34,851 nt of DNA from Rozella allomycis CSF55 (lineage: Eukaryota): positions 62,001-96,851 of the forward strand of contig KE561200.1 of NCBI GenBank assembly GCA_000442015.1, read 5' to 3'. Positions 33,384 to 34,851 of this stretch are shown one piece after another. A program made the position numbers and the translations under genes. Each line of letters begins with the position of its first letter. Within the stretch, counting starts at the first letter, position 1. The notes beneath the pieces were generated by a model. The model ran no database searches, had not been told where the DNA came from, and was given only the letters and a program-made list of their open reading frames with translations.

Positions 33384-34851
33384 TTATTTGATTAGAAACG
33401 AGATGGATTGAATAAAGTTTCCTGGTTGCACCATAGAAGGATGATAAAATGAATTGAACAAGGTAGGATTAGAGCTATCTATAAGTTGGCATGATCCATT
33501 GATGGAAGAATATTTAAGACAGATGTATTCTTTGAGAATGTTTTCTACGTAAAAATTGCACTGATTAAATTGGAAGATTATAATTACTGTCAAAGATAGA
33601 GTAGAGTCTTCATAATTGATGCATTGAGCTTTGTGTTTCTGTAGAGGGAAGAATATTTTAACATTCTAATCTGAATAAATAATTTACTTTGTTTACGTTT
33701 GATATTTCATGAGAGAGAAGCGCTAGAGAAGACAATGCAGATTTTGGTGCTTTGAATAAACTGATTATTGAAGAGAATGAATGTTCATCCAAGAATTCAC
33801 CTTTTGAGAGAATTAAAGTTTTTAATGATTGTAAATCCATATCAGAAATTGAATCTAGAGAATATAAATCTATTTTAAAAGAAGAAGAAAAAATACCAGA
33901 AATTTTGAAATCAATTTTCCAATTGTTGGCCCTTGTAAAGTCAATGATGAGATTGATGTTTCCAACGTTGAAATTAGCAATTAGATTTGGAGATTCAATA
34001 ATTTTAAAATTTGAATCTGAAATATTTTCAAAGAAGATTTTAATTTTAGAGAGAGAATAAAGCGATTCTAATTGACCAGAAAGATCAACAAGAAGAGATT
34101 TTAATTCATCAATGAAAAATAAAGATTTATTTGGGAAATCTAGAAAAGGTTTTGAATTTTTATTTCCACTTTGTTTGTCTCTTTTGTAACCATCTTTAAT
34201 AATGAATGAATTGTTTGATAAACATTGAAAGACAATGACATTTCCAGATCTAAATCTAATTGTAAAACAATTTTTATAATTTGGAATAAAAGAAACAATT
34301 TGATTTTCAAGTTTAATAAAATATTTTCTACAAATCTTTAAAGGAACAAAAGTGTTTAAAATAAATTCAAAAATTTCATCAATTAATTTTTCTTCTTCAA
34401 TTTCTGAATTTGCTTTAATAAAATCTTCAATCATAAAATTCAATTGAATTGAAATTAATGAAAAAATATTTTCCTTTTCAATCAGAGTAATCCCATTGTC
34501 AGTTTGAAGAAATATAATTTCAAACTTTTCATCTCCAATTGAAAACAAAAATTTAAACTTTAAAATTTCAATCCAATTTATTTCACCAAACGATTTCAAT
34601 CGATGAGAAAAACAAAATAATTTTTTATACAATTTGAGAAATTTACAAATTTCAGAATTCTTATTATTCTTTAAAATTATCGCATTAATTGATTCATTAT
34701 AAAATAAATCATCTTTAAATTGTAAAGAAGAAAATATTAATTTTTCATTCAAGAAAATAACAGCAGTTGAAATGTTTGAAATTCTTATTAAAGTGTTAAA
34801 GAACAAAAGATGACCATTGAATGAACAAAATGAATCATCCAAACTTAAATC
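33384..34851 (-). CDS. Hypothetical protein, 5' end beyond the right edge; long AT-rich exon plus a probable final exon
   Basis: A 394-aa open frame (33658-34842) lies in the same frame as the downstream ORF 33384-33593 and can be joined to it by a GT-AG intron of about 48 nt. No family recognised. Confidence 0.6.

Noticed and set aside
1-34851. Alternative genetic code explaining the fragmented ORFs
   Set aside because: The stops fall inside short introns. Spliced exons translate cleanly with the standard code, and TAA, TAG and TGA all serve as terminators.

Overview
AT-rich, extremely gene-dense eukaryotic DNA from an early-diverging, flagellated fungus-like organism. A Rozella/Cryptomycota-like identity is my inference from fungal-type proteins plus CEP290, a MyTH4-FERM myosin, PP2A-B'' and tiny introns. 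By hand I reconstructed about 20 protein-coding genes, split by roughly 100 very short spliceosomal introns (almost all 26-31 nt), plus two tRNA genes. In order: MyTH4-FERM myosin (partial), RABL3-like GTPase, secreted orphan, mitochondrial-type TrpRS, Cdc11-like septin (absent from the ORF track), PP2A B'' subunit, NOT3/5, ARV1, CWC22, F-box/LRR protein, CCA1, TPR-like protein, LSM6, RAD23, tRNA-Thr(AGT), CEP290, DDI1, an SBP2-type L7Ae-ankyrin fusion, tRNA-Val(AAC), Xaa-Pro aminopeptidase, mitochondrial phosphate carrier and a partial hypothetical gene. Two signals stand out. (1) The splicing system looks unusual: about 5-6 introns in conserved genes restore the protein only, or best, if they end in TG (GT-TG introns), there is an apparent hard 26-nt minimum length, and many acceptors are A-rich. 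(2) A SECIS-binding-protein-2-like RNA-binding domain is fused to ankyrin repeats and sits 22 nt downstream of a tRNA. All exon structures were inferred by eye without RNA data.
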